Below are positions 1 to 10,033 of a DNA stretch of 64,000 nt, piece after piece. Source of the stretch: Nitrospirota bacterium (lineage in GTDB: Bacteria; Nitrospirota; UBA9217); the NCBI GenBank assembly GCA_963740085.1, contig CAVUCU010000001.1, forward strand, positions 928,001-992,000, given 5' to 3'. The notes below the pieces were generated by a model. It ran no database searches, was not told where the DNA came from, and worked only from the letters and a program-made list of their open reading frames with translations. Both the position numbers and the translations under genes were made by a program. How positions within the stretch are numbered: position 1 is the stretch's first letter; every line of letters starts with the position of its first letter.

Positions 1-432
<432 letters not shown>

Positions 433-441
433 TCAGATCTG

Positions 442-2019
442 CTATATCCGAATCTGCTTCACCGACAGAACATTAGCCATCTTCCTGATCTTCGCCATGA
501 TCTCATCGGACGCTGCGCCGTCGATGCTCACGATAGACATTGCCATCCCGCCCTGTCTCTCGCGGCCGAACTGCATGCGCGCGATATTGATCCCGTTCTG
601 GCCGAGCAGCGTGCCGATACCGCCGATAACACCCGGTTTGTCGTTGTTCATGAGAACGAGCATGTCGCCCTCGGGCACGGTCTCCATGGGGAAGTTGTCC
701 ACCTGGATGATGCGCGGCTCTTTTTTACTGTTCAGCGTCCCTGCAATGGACAAGTCCCTGCCGCCCTCCTTGACCCGCATCGTGATGAGGCTCGTGTACT
801 CGGTGGTATCGGTCGACCGGGACACCTTGATCTCAATGCCGCGGTCCTTTGCAATGAGCGGCGCGTTCACGTAGTTCACAGTCTCGTTGAGAATCGGCGT
901 AAGCAGGCCCTTGAGCGCCGCGAGGGTGATAGGCTCAAGTTTCAGGTTCGATACCTCGCCGCTGTACTCCACCGCCACTTGCGTGAGACCTCCCTCGCAG
1001 AGCTGTGCCTGGAAAAGCCCCATGCGCTCAGCAAGGTTGATGTAGGGCGAGAGCATCGGGAGCTGGTCCGCGGGCACCGACGGTACATTCACGGCGTTCC
1101 GCACCGTCCCGGCGATGAGGTAGTCCACGATCTGCTCGGCAACGGCAACGGCAACGTTCTCCTGGGCCTCATGGGTCGAAGCGCCGAGGTGCGGCGTGGC
1201 GATAAAGTTGTCGAGGGTGAGGAGCGGATGGTTCTCCGGCGGCTCTTTTTCGAACACGTCGAATGCCGCGCCGCCGATCTTGCCGCTCTTCAATGCCTCG
1301 TAGAGGTCCTTCTCGTTCACGATCCCGCCCCTGGCGCAGTTGATGATGCGCACACCGTCCTTCATGCGGCCGATCGTGTCCCTGTTGATCAGGTTCGCAG
1401 TCTCTTTGGTCTTCGGCGTGTGGATCGTTATAAAATCCGCCCGTTTGTAGATCGTCTGCAGGTCCGCGAGCTCGAGCCCGAGGCTCTTTGCCTTTTCCGT
1501 GGAGATGAAAGGGTCATAGGCCAGCACCTTCATGCCGAGCCCGATCGCCCGGTTCGCGACCACGCCGCCGATAGCGCCCATCCCGATGATACCCAGGGTC
1601 TTGGCGTAAAGCTCCACTCCCTCGAACTTCTTCTTTTCCCACTTGCCTGCCTTCAGCGAGGCGTAGGACTGGGGGATCATCCGGGCCAAGGCGAAGATCA
1701 TGCCGATGGTGTGCTCCGCGGTGGTGACCGTGTTGCCGCCCGGCGTGTTCATCACGACCACGCCCTTCTTGGTGGCTGCCGGGATGTCCACGTTGTCCAG
1801 ACCGCTGCCCGCGCGCCCCACCACCTTGAGCTTCGTTGCCTTGTCAAGCAGCCCCGCGGTGACCCTGGTCGCCGAGCGGATGATGAGCGCATCGTAGTCG
1901 CCGATGATCTTTTCGATCTCCTCGACCGACGTCTTGTTCCGGGCGTCAACTTCAAGCCCGGCCTTTTTTAAAATTTCCACCCCGATGGGGGAAAGGTTGT
2001 CGCTGATCAGAACCTTCAT
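442..2019 (-). CDS. serA: D-3-phosphoglycerate dehydrogenase (with ASB and ACT domains)
   Basis: RAGSGLDNVD, GMGAIG, NCARGG, TPHLGAST motifs and C-terminal ACT (NDKPGVIG); AGGAGG RBS before ATG 2019. Confidence 0.96.
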   Translation of the reverse strand: MKVLISDNLSPIGVEILKKAGLEVDARNKTSVEEIEKIIGDYDALIIRSATRVTAGLLDKATKLKVVGRAGSGLDNVDIPAATKKGVVVMNTPGGNTVTTAEHTIGMIFALARMIPQSYASLKAGKWEKKKFEGVELYAKTLGIIGMGAIGGVVANRAIGLGMKVLAYDPFISTEKAKSLGLELADLQTIYKRADFITIHTPKTKETANLINRDTIGRMKDGVRIINCARGGIVNEKDLYEALKSGKIGGAAFDVFEKEPPENHPLLTLDNFIATPHLGASTHEAQENVAVAVAEQIVDYLIAGTVRNAVNVPSVPADQLPMLSPYINLAERMGLFQAQLCEGGLTQVAVEYSGEVSNLKLEPITLAALKGLLTPILNETVNYVNAPLIAKDRGIEIKVSRSTDTTEYTSLITMRVKEGGRDLSIAGTLNSKKEPRIIQVDNFPMETVPEGDMLVLMNNDKPGVIGGIGTLLGQNGINIARMQFGRERQGGMAMSIVSIDGAASDEIMAKIRKMANVLSVKQIRI

Positions 2020-2040
2020 CAAACCTCCTAAATGCTGCAG

Positions 2041-2156
2041 AAAATACGAATATCGAAATCCGGAATCCTAAACAATTTCTAAGATCAAATTCTTAAACGT
2101 TTTGAATTTAGTCGTTTGAATTTGTTTATAGCTTAGATATTCGGATTTAGTATTTG
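2041..2156. repeat. intergenic imperfect palindrome of ~7-nt units (CGAAATC/GATTTAG family)
   Basis: AAATACGAATATCGAAATCCGGAATCCTAAACAA...TTGTTTATAGCTTAGATATTCGGATTTAGTATTT; similar to 53258-53340 and 58048-58175. Confidence 0.7.
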
Positions 2157-2164
2157 CCGTTTTA

Positions 2165-3301
2165 TCACTTCATCAAAATTTCCTGCGCCGCGCCGACGCC
2201 CGTTCCGAGTTTCACCGGATGGCCCAGGCCTTTCAGCACCATTTCAATGCCGGCCACGGCCGTGATCACGTCGAAGGTGTCGGCATAGCCCAGGTGCGCG
2301 ATGCGGAATATCTTGCCCTTCAGCTTGTCCTGGCCGCCGGCGCCGGTAATGCCGTACTTCTCCCGGAGGTTCTTATAGATCGCCTGGCCATCCACGCCTG
2401 CCGGCGCCTCGATGGCAGTCAGCGCATTGCTCGGGCTTTCCTTGGGGAAAAGCTTGAGGCCGAGTGCGGCAACGGCCGCGCGGGTGGCCTTGGCAAGCCT
2501 GGCGTGGCGCGCGAACGCGTTCTCGAGCCCCTCTGCCTGAAGTATCTTGATGCAGGAGTTAAGGCCGATGATAAGCGTCACCGCCGAGGTGAAGTTCGTC
2601 TGGTTCTTTGCCAGGTTCTCGCGCTCTTTCTTGAAATTGAAGTAGAACTTCGGCGTCCTGGCAGTCTCGGCCATCTTCCAAGCCTTGTCGCTCACGGACA
2701 CGAACGCGAGTCCCGGGGGCAGCATCACGCCCTTCTGGGAACCACCGATCATCACATCGATGCCCCACTCATCGGCCTTGATATCGTGCGCCACGAGTGC
2801 CGAGATCGCATCAACGACAACGAGCGCGTCGGTATTTTTTACCACCGCTGCAACGGACTTCACATCGTGGTACACTCCCGTTGACGTCTCGTTGGCCTGG
2901 ATGAACACCGCCTTGATCCTGGGGTTCTTCTTGAGTGCGGCCCCGACCTGCTCCGCCTTTACCGCATAGCCCCACTCCACGATGAGCTCCTCGACCTTCA
3001 TGCCGTAGGCCTGGCAGATCTTGGTCCAGCGTTCTCCGAACTTGCCGCCGTTGATCACGAGCACGTCGTCGCCCGGGCTCAGGAAGTTCGTCACCGAGCC
3101 TTCCATCCCGCCGGTGCCGGTGGAGCACAGGATAAGCACATCGTTCTTTGTCTGAAAGAGCCACTGCAGGCCCTTCTTCGCCGAATCGAGGATCGGCAGA
3201 AAATCCGGCGCGCGGTGATGGATGATCGGCATAGCCATGGCCAGGAGCGCTTCCGGGGGCACCGGGGTCGGGCCAGGGGCTAAAAGATATTTTTTCTGCA
3301 T
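2165..3301 (-). CDS. class V PLP aminotransferase (serine-pyruvate/alanine-glyoxylate type; probable phosphoserine aminotransferase role next to serA)
   Basis: LLAPGPTPVP, NETSTGV, DAIS, GSQKG (PLP Lys), FRIAHLG motifs; GGAGG RBS before ATG 3301. Confidence 0.9.
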   Translation of the reverse strand: MQKKYLLAPGPTPVPPEALLAMAMPIIHHRAPDFLPILDSAKKGLQWLFQTKNDVLILCSTGTGGMEGSVTNFLSPGDDVLVINGGKFGERWTKICQAYGMKVEELIVEWGYAVKAEQVGAALKKNPRIKAVFIQANETSTGVYHDVKSVAAVVKNTDALVVVDAISALVAHDIKADEWGIDVMIGGSQKGVMLPPGLAFVSVSDKAWKMAETARTPKFYFNFKKERENLAKNQTNFTSAVTLIIGLNSCIKILQAEGLENAFARHARLAKATRAAVAALGLKLFPKESPSNALTAIEAPAGVDGQAIYKNLREKYGITGAGGQDKLKGKIFRIAHLGYADTFDVITAVAGIEMVLKGLGHPVKLGTGVGAAQEILMK

Positions 3302-3520
3302 AGGTATACCCTCCAAAAAATTTAGACGATACGTCCGTCAGTTTCTCTGCCTTATAAAAACGCGATATCGTTAGCTGATGACGATGAACAACGAAAATTA
3401 GTGCCCCGCCGGGACGGGACCTATGCCAGGGGTTGGCATGTCGCTGGGATATTGCGGGTGTCTGTGCTGTTTCAAGATAGACTGCCTCTCTCTATGATAA
3501 TTCCCGTTAAAAACCCTTTG

Positions 3521-3550
3521 ACACTAGCATATGCCGCGGAAAATTGTCAA
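3521..3550 (-). promoter_or_regulatory. sigma70-like promoter for aminotransferase-serA-purA operon
   Basis: Minus strand TTGACA followed ~18 nt later by TG-C-TAGTGT. Confidence 0.5.
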
Positions 3551-3608
3551 GAAAATAGTGCGGCCTGCTCCCCCTTGAGCGCGAGCAAGCCCGGGGAACG
3601 AAATCCCG

Positions 3609-4004
3609 CTAATTCGGCACAACATCCAGGTTCACTTCCACCGAAAGCACGGGCGTGACGCGATCATTAGAATAAATACTGATGTGTTTCGAAACAGGAC
3701 CGCTGCTGTTGACCGTGGTCACCGTCGCCTTCACGCGTCCTACGGCCCCCGGATCCAGGTGGTCGGAACTGACCACCGCTGCGGCACAGCCTCAGGAAGG
3801 CTGGACCTTTTCTATGATCAGTTGTTCGCTGCCTACGTTCTTGATCTCGAATATATATTCAGCCTTTGCCCCCTGGACGACCTTGCCGAAATCGTGGCGC
3901 ATCTCTTTGATCTCGATCCTCGGCCCGTCGTTTTCAAGCGCCGCCAGTGGTCCGGCATACAGCAGGCCGGTCAGCAACACGCACATTAAAGCCATCCGCC
4001 TCAT
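3609..4004 (-). CDS. DUF1573-family exported protein with in-frame TGA (candidate selenocysteine, S-U-G-C)
   Basis: Signal peptide, HDFGKV..F.IKNVG..L.I.KV.PS then TGA(3794-3792) GGC TGT, then 60 more sense codons (GCAAAVVSSDHLDPGAVGRVKATVTT...KHISIYSNDRVTPVLSVEVNLDVVPN) to TAG 3611-3609, completing the DUF1573 pattern (SCGC...L.PG..G...SND). Confidence 0.85.
3758..3777 (-). promoter_or_regulatory. SECIS-like hairpin
   Basis: GGTGGTC-AGTTCC-GACCACC, perfect 7-bp stem starting 14 nt after the TGA, G at second loop position. Confidence 0.65.
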
Positions 4005-4068
4005 TTTCCACCCCTTGTCCGCGTTCTTATCCGCAATACGGCGTCCGGATTCCGCGGTCATCGTTTAT

Positions 4069-4773
4069 TTACATCCCCATTTTCTTTTGATAGATCATGC
4101 TGACGATCTCCTCGCGTGAAATGAGCTTTTTTTCTATCAACAGGCTGATGATCGCGTCGAGACGTATGCGATAGTCTTCCAGTCTCTGTTTCGCGTTTTC
4201 ACCACTGGATAGAATGGGTGAAGACGCGTCGGACTCGGAAACCCCCTTCAAGCTCAGATCACTGCCCCGGATAAGCTCCATCTTCCCGCCCGGGGAAGCC
4301 CCCTGTTGAAATGGGGACTGCTCCGGTTTGCGGACCACGGTCTCGCCGTCATAGTATTTCCTGATGGCATCCTTGATCTCGGACTCCAGTACCAGCGAGG
4401 GTTTGATGGTACAACCGGTTATGAACCGGATCTCATCCATAGCCTCAATATCGTAGGGGTCCAGCATCGCCAGGACCAGCGTTGTCCCTTCCTTTTTCAC
4501 GGGCAACACGAGATACTTTTTCGCTGTCTCGGGCTTGATCAGTTTGAAGACTTCCGGCGAAACCTCGGGCTCGAACAAATTGATATAGGGGATCTGTAAT
4601 TTTCGCGCGATCACCCGGGACAGACCCTCTTCCTTGACGAACGCAAGCGATATCAGGACCGCTCCCAGTTTCCCTCCCCAGTTGCGCTGGTGAGAAAGGG
4701 CGGTCTCAAGCTGGAAATCATCAATCAGACCAGCATCCTTAAGCATATCACCCAGTTTCTTAACCTCAGCCAA
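4069..4773 (-). CDS. stand-alone MshEN / T2SSE_N domain protein (putative c-di-GMP receptor)
   Basis: KKLGDMLKDAGLIDDFQLETALSHQ..GGKLGAVL tandem MshEN-like motif plus AKKYLVLP..LAMLDP T2SSE_N; no ATPase domain. Start (TTG 4773) uncertain. Confidence 0.8.
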   Translation of the reverse strand: MAEVKKLGDMLKDAGLIDDFQLETALSHQRNWGGKLGAVLISLAFVKEEGLSRVIARKLQIPYINLFEPEVSPEVFKLIKPETAKKYLVLPVKKEGTTLVLAMLDPYDIEAMDEIRFITGCTIKPSLVLESEIKDAIRKYYDGETVVRKPEQSPFQQGASPGGKMELIRGSDLSLKGVSESDASSPILSSGENAKQRLEDYRIRLDAIISLLIEKKLISREEIVSMIYQKKMGM

Positions 4774-4987
4774 ACGGCCCCCCGGGAACGGACGTATCAA
4801 ACAAAACACCGATCTGCGCAGAATTATATGCCTCGCAGACCGAGAAAGTCAATGATTTTTGAGGAAATATCGCCTTGCACAGGTGAAAGCATCGCAGAAC
4901 CGGAACAGGCCATCCTTATTTACCGCGGAAGAGAGGGCACCTTACCTTCCTCCTGCAAACGGCGAGGTGCGGTCGCTCAAGAATTTG

Positions 4988-5764
4988 TCACGTACCTCTC
5001 GTCACGCGCGACTCGTCGCCCGACTTCATGAGCAGATGCCGGAGTTCCACGTCCGCGAGCGCCGCAAGCAGGCTTGCCTTGATGCCCGGCTGCTCCTTCT
5101 CGAGGCCGGCCAGGAGTCTTTTTATCTTCCCGCGCTTCATGTCCGTATCCCCGCAGGCCGGACAGGCGCAACAGGTCACGGGGAATCCCGCGTTCGTGGC
5201 ATAACGGATGATATCGTCTTCGGGCACATAGACGAGCGGCCGTATGACCACATCAATGCCGTTATCGGCGAGCAGAAGCGGGGCCATGGCCTTGATCTTT
5301 CCGTTGTACAACTGGTTCAGAAAAAGCGTCTCGATGAAATCCTCGCGGTGATGTCCGAGGGCGATCTTCGTGCATCCGAGTTCACGCGCCTGCGTATATA
5401 ACACACCGCGCCTGATCCGCGCACAGAGCGCGCACGGGGTATCGTCCGGCATCAGTTTTTCGAGCATGAGCCCGTGAATGGGCGCAGGGATGATCCGGTA
5501 CTCGAAGTCGCGGGCGCGAAGATACTCTTCCATGAGGCCGGTCTGAAACCCCGGGAACCCCGGATGCACAGTAACGGCGATGAGAGAAAAACTGACCGGC
5601 GCCCGTTTCCGCAGGCTTTCCAGGACATGAAGCAGCGTCCAGCTGTCCTTGCCGCCTGACAGGGCAACCAATATCCGGTCATGGTCCTGTATCATGCCGA
5701 AATCGCCGATGGCGCGGCCGCTCAGCCTCCGGATCTGGTGCTCCAACTGTTCTCTCTGGTGCAT
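4988..5764 (-). CDS. ttcA: tRNA 2-thiocytidine(32) synthetase
   Basis: SGGKDS PP-loop, CALCARIRRG, GHHREDFIET, IRPL, CCACPAC motifs. Confidence 0.92.
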   Translation of the reverse strand: MHQREQLEHQIRRLSGRAIGDFGMIQDHDRILVALSGGKDSWTLLHVLESLRKRAPVSFSLIAVTVHPGFPGFQTGLMEEYLRARDFEYRIIPAPIHGLMLEKLMPDDTPCALCARIRRGVLYTQARELGCTKIALGHHREDFIETLFLNQLYNGKIKAMAPLLLADNGIDVVIRPLVYVPEDDIIRYATNAGFPVTCCACPACGDTDMKRGKIKRLLAGLEKEQPGIKASLLAALADVELRHLLMKSGDESRVTRGT

Positions 5765-6055
5765 GGAGTAAATCCTAAAGCCTGCCAACGGATAAGTCAA
5801 CCAAAAACGGCAGCTGGCCAAAGAAAGCACAAAATTCACCGAGAAGAAACAACATCTTAACGACAAAAAACAGTCATCTTATGAGTGAATCTATTTTCAC
5901 CAAATTACTGCTTGATTTATTTTGTGTTTTATGTGCTTTTTGCCTGCGCACAGCGTTTACGAGTGGAATCGCGAGTGCAGAGTGTGGCTGAACTGCTCTT
6001 TGTAAGGGCAACCGTTTTATGGGGGCGTTCCTGAGGATCGGGTGGAAACAAAACA

Positions 6056-6083
6056 GGCCCCCGGAAACACGCTTCCGGGGGCC
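6056..6083 (-). terminator. intrinsic terminator after H1-like gene
   Basis: Minus strand GGCCCCCGGAA-GCGTGT-TTCCGGGGGCC followed by TGTTTTGTTT. Confidence 0.7.
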
Positions 6084-6104
6084 CTCGATACATGGTGAGG
6101 TTGA

Positions 6105-6446
6105 TTATCTTCTTTTCTTGGTAGCTTTTTTCTTTGCAGTTTTCTTTTTCGCAACCTTCTTTTTCGTTGCCTTTTTCTTCACTGCCTTTTTGACCGTCTT
6201 TTTTGCAGCTTTCTTTTTCGCCGGCTTCTTCGCGGCCTTTTTTACAGCTTTTTTCTTTGCCGGCTTCTTCTTTGCAGGCTTCTTCTTGACTGCGGGCGCC
6301 GCTTTCAGTGCGAACGGCTCACCGATCTCGGTCGTCTCGAGACCACAGCAAAACACCGGCTCTTCATAGATATCGCCGGTCCTTGTCACATCTATCTTCC
6401 TGCCGCACACCTTGCACTCATACTGCATGATCTTTTCAATACCCAT
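6105..6446 (-). CDS. desulforedoxin-like metal-binding domain fused to histone H1-like Lys/Ala-rich tail
   Basis: YECKVCG-x17-CCG then ~55 aa of KKPAKKKA repeats; AGGAGG RBS before ATG 6446; terminator downstream. Confidence 0.8.
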   Translation of the reverse strand: MGIEKIMQYECKVCGRKIDVTRTGDIYEEPVFCCGLETTEIGEPFALKAAPAVKKKPAKKKPAKKKAVKKAAKKPAKKKAAKKTVKKAVKKKATKKKVAKKKTAKKKATKKRR

Positions 6447-6585
6447 ACGCGTTCCCCTCCTTTTAAGCTGATGACCCGTGTATTCACGGGCTGAATGGCG
6501 GTACTGGCACTGTGCGATCTTTCCGGGTTCAGAATACGCCGGGAACCAAAAAGCCGGGCCCCACGTCAATAATTATATTATTATT

Positions 6586-6614
6586 AATGTAGAATCATCT
6601 TCATCAAATGTCAA
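6586..6614 (-). promoter_or_regulatory. sigma70-like promoter for H1-like gene
   Basis: TTGACA-N17-TACATT on minus strand. Confidence 0.55.
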
Positions 6615-6633
6615 GTTTTTTATGGAAAACGGA

Positions 6634-6825
6634 CTAACTCCATACCCGCGGCTGTTTCTTGTTCGCGTTGATCATGGCGGTCTTTCTCATGTCCGCCTGC
6701 TTGAGCTGCCAGATATGCTCCATACCCTCGATTGCCGCTGACAATGCCTCATCGGTAAGCTTGTTGTCCCAGTTCTTTGACTCAGCCAGACGGTAAAGTT
6801 CCAGTATCACTTCATCAAGCGTCAT
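6634..6825 (-). CDS. small hypothetical protein
   Basis: 63-aa helical-looking ORF (MTLDEVILELYRL...) with AAGGAG RBS. Confidence 0.6.
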   Translation of the reverse strand: MTLDEVILELYRLAESKNWDNKLTDEALSAAIEGMEHIWQLKQADMRKTAMINANKKQPRVWS

Positions 6826-6900
6826 ACGATCTCCTTTCAATTCAAAGTGTTATGGCATATTCAGGATCAACAGAATCGATAACAGCGGTCCTTTCCATAC

Positions 6901-6930
6901 AAAAAAAGCCGGAAGAACGATCTCCCGGCC
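6901..6930 (-). terminator. intrinsic terminator downstream of nrdJ-1
   Basis: GCCGGGAGA-TCGT-TCTTCCGGC followed by TTTTTTT on minus strand. Confidence 0.7.
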
Positions 6931-7067
6931 GTAGTCAGATTACATCACGTTCCCTTCATCAATGGTAACAATGAAAGAGGTTTGCCTCACGTTGCCTCCG
7001 GGTTTACCACAAAGGGTTTTGCAGTCTCATTCCGCAATCCGCGATCCGAAATCCGCATTTGTATATA

Positions 7068-9432
7068 TCATCCGCACTTGGAGAACCCGCATCCCCGGCA
7101 GAAGGCACAACCTTCTCCAAATTCAAGCAGGCCTCCGCAGTCCGGACATTCCGGGCAGAGCCCCAGGTGGTTCTTGTTCCCGCCCTTTGAGCAATCAGAA
7201 GAAGTATAGGCAACCGTTGGCTGTGCAGTAGAAACGATGGCCTTGGGCTTATGATGCTGGTGGCCCACCGCGTCCTTGGTATAGCGCTCGAGCGCCCTGG
7301 CGATGGCATCGGGGCAGGACAGGATCGAGCCTCCCTCTCCCCATGCCGGCGACGGGCACCTGATCCCCTTCACCTGCTTTACGATGGAATCGATGGATAT
7401 CCCCGAACGGAGCGCGAGGGAGACCATGCGGGAGACCGCCTCTGACTGGCTCGCGGCGCACCCGCCGGACTTGCCCATGGTGGAGAAGACCTCGCAGATG
7501 CCCTCCTCGTCCTCGTTGATCGTGATATAGAGGTTTCCGCAGCCCGTAGGAAGCTTCTGGGTGACCCCATGGGTGAGCACCGGACGGTTCCGCGGCTTCT
7601 TTTCCTCCGCCAGTTCAGGCGAGGCAGAGGCAACGGCCATGTGCTGGCCCGCGGCAGCCGCTTTGCGCGCCTTCTCCGTGGCGCCCGTGCTGAGCACCTG
7701 CTCGTCGCGCGACCCGTCACGGTAGATGGTCACACCCTTGCAGCCGAGTTTGTATGCCATCATATAGACATTCTTCACATCGTCCCGGGTGGCCGTGTGC
7801 GGAAAGTTCACGGTCTTGGAAACGGCATTATCCGTATATTTCTGGAATGCGGCCTGCATGCGGATGTGCCACTCCGGAGTGATGTCGTGGGCCGTATACG
7901 AACACGCGCTGCACGTCCTCGGGGACCGTCGGGACGCCCGTGCACCCCCCATGCTCGGCGATGTCCTTCATGAGCTCTTCGGAATAGAAACCGCCCTCCC
8001 TGGCAACGCGCTCGAACACGGGGTTCACCTCGAGGAGTTCCGCGCCGTCCATGACCCTCCGGACAAAGGTGAGCCCGAAGAGCGGCTCGATGCCGCTGGA
8101 ACAGCCGGCGATGATGGACAGGGTCCCTGTCGGAGCGATCGTCGTGATCGTCGCGTTTCTGACCGGCGCAGATTCCGGCTTGTCATGGATGCTTCCCTTG
8201 AAGTTCGGAAAGGCCCCGCGCTCTTGTGCAAGCTCCTCGCTCATCTTCCGGCCCTCGTCGGTGATGAACTTCATTACCGTCTCGCCGAGCCTCACGGCCT
8301 GGTCGGAGTTGTAGGGAATGCCCAGTTCAAGCAGCATATCGGCGAACCCCATGACCCCAAGGCCGATCTTGCGGTTCGCCCGTGTCTGCTGGCCGATCTT
8401 TTCAAGGGGATACCTGTTTACATCGATCACGTTGTCGAGGAAGTGGACCGCCTGCCGCACCGCGTGGCGGAGCTTGTCATAATCCACAGCCGTGCCATTG
8501 ACCGCCAGCATCCTCGACAGATTGATCGAGCCGAGGTTGCAGGACTCGTAGGGCAGGAGCGGCTGCTCACCGCAGGGGTTGGTGGACTCCATCCTTCCCA
8601 CGTGCGGTGTGGGATTGTACTGGTTGATGCGGTCAAGAAAGATGATGCCCGGGTCGCCGTTCTTCCACGCCATGTTCACTATGGTCTCGAATACGCGGGG
8701 GGCATTGAGGGTCTTGACCACGGCCTTAGCGCGCGGGGAGACCAGGTCGTACTCTCCGTCAGTGTCCACTGCATCCATGAACCTGTCGGTTATGGCCACC
8801 GAGATGTTGAAGTTGTTCAGCCGGTCGTTCTGCTGCTTGCACGTGACGAAATCGAGGATGTCCGGGTGGTCCACCGAGAGGATGCCCATGTTCGCGCCGC
8901 GCCGCGTGCCGCCCTGCTTCACCGTCTCGGTTGCCGCATCAAACACGGTCATGAACGAGATGGGACCGGACGATACGCCCTTCGTGGACTTCACTACGTC
9001 GTTCTTCGGACGGATGCGGGAAAAGGAGAAGCCCGTGCCGCCGCCGGACTTGTGGATGAGCGCGGCGTTCTTCACGGAATCGAAGATCTCCTCCATGGAG
9101 TCGCCCACCGGCAGCACGAAACAGGCCGAGAGCTGTCCAAGCTCGCGCCCCGCGTTCATAAGCGTTGGGCTGTTCGGCAGGAACTCAAGTGAGGTCATGA
9201 GGCGGTAGAACTCGGTCGCGGTCCGCTCCACGTCAACATCGGATTTGCCATAGGCCAGGTCGCCCTCGGCTATGGTCCTCGCCACGCGGGTGAACATGTC
9301 GACCGCTGTTTCGATCACAGTTCCGTCCCCGTTCCGCTTCAGGTACCTTTTTTCAAGGACCTTGAGGCAGTTCTCTGAAAGATCAAGACCCTTACCGGAT
9401 GCTGTTTTCGAACCAGTAGCCGCACTCTTCAT
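7068..9432 (-). pseudogene. nrdJ: class II (B12-dependent) ribonucleotide reductase with C-terminal TSCPD/Zn domain, interrupted by a +1 frameshift near 7896
   Basis: [33 protein letters not shown] in one frame; [39 protein letters not shown] in the next. Junction TTC GTA T ACG GCC CAC has one extra base. Confidence 0.9.
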
Positions 9433-9544
9433 AAAGCCCCTCCCTGTGATGCTGGCAAGTGATATCAAACGCTGAAAGAGCACCCCTGAGGCTGCTCTTT
9501 AAAATAGTAATAATGGTTGATGGTTTATTGGGTAAACCGGAATG

Positions 9545-9592
9545 CCACACTATTTTGTGGAACGAGGTAATTATAGCTACAACATGTTGTGT
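9545..9592. promoter_or_regulatory. tandem NrdR boxes
   Basis: CCACACTATTTTGTGG (9545-9560) and CTACAACATGTTGTGT (9577-9592) match acaCwAtATaTwGtgt, 32 bp apart, upstream of nrdJ. Confidence 0.85.
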
Positions 9593-9599
9593 TTGTCAA
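9570..9599 (-). promoter_or_regulatory. sigma70 promoter of nrdJ-1 overlapping NrdR box
   Basis: TTGACA-N18-TATAAT on minus strand. Confidence 0.75.
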
Positions 9600-10033
9600 A
9601 TTAAATTTAAAAAAAGATACGAGGACGGCAATATTCGAATCATTCTTATTCCATGCGGTTTTTTTTACCCCTGAGCCGCTCCAAAAGCCCCAGTAAAGGG
9701 CGAAAGAACACAGCGCGTGAAAACTGTACGCCAGTGGCACCTATTTGTGACATACAATTATACAAATGGGTTTTTTGAAGAGTTGATCGGTCTGGTTTAC
9801 TGAAAATTTGGGGTTGAAAGGCTGCCCGCAATTCATCCGGATGCAGGTGATGCCTCGGTACACCGCCCGTCACCTTTTCTCCTGAGCCGGTCTGTCCGGG
9901 ACTATAAAAAAATTCATGTTTACCACGGAGCCCTGTTGATGAACCGTTAAAAATGATAATTCCTAAACGGGTGAACATGGTACTCCGTGGTAAAAAAGTT
10001 TTTAGATCTTCTTGCCGTCCATTTTGAGAAGAC

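Noticed and set aside
3350-3420. Run of four Ser codons (TCA TCG TCA TCA) in the serA operon leader suggesting a Ser attenuator peptide
   Set aside because: That frame has an upstream TAG and no start codon before the run.
6019-6369. Phe/Ala-rich membrane-like ORF on the plus strand
   Set aside because: Antisense of the Lys/Ala-rich H1-like tail, which has the RBS, promoter and terminator.
3373-6478. Shared 10-mer GTCATCAGCT in two leaders, resembling part of the fluoride riboswitch on the other strand
   Set aside because: Wrong orientation, rest of the motif absent, and a chance match is plausible.
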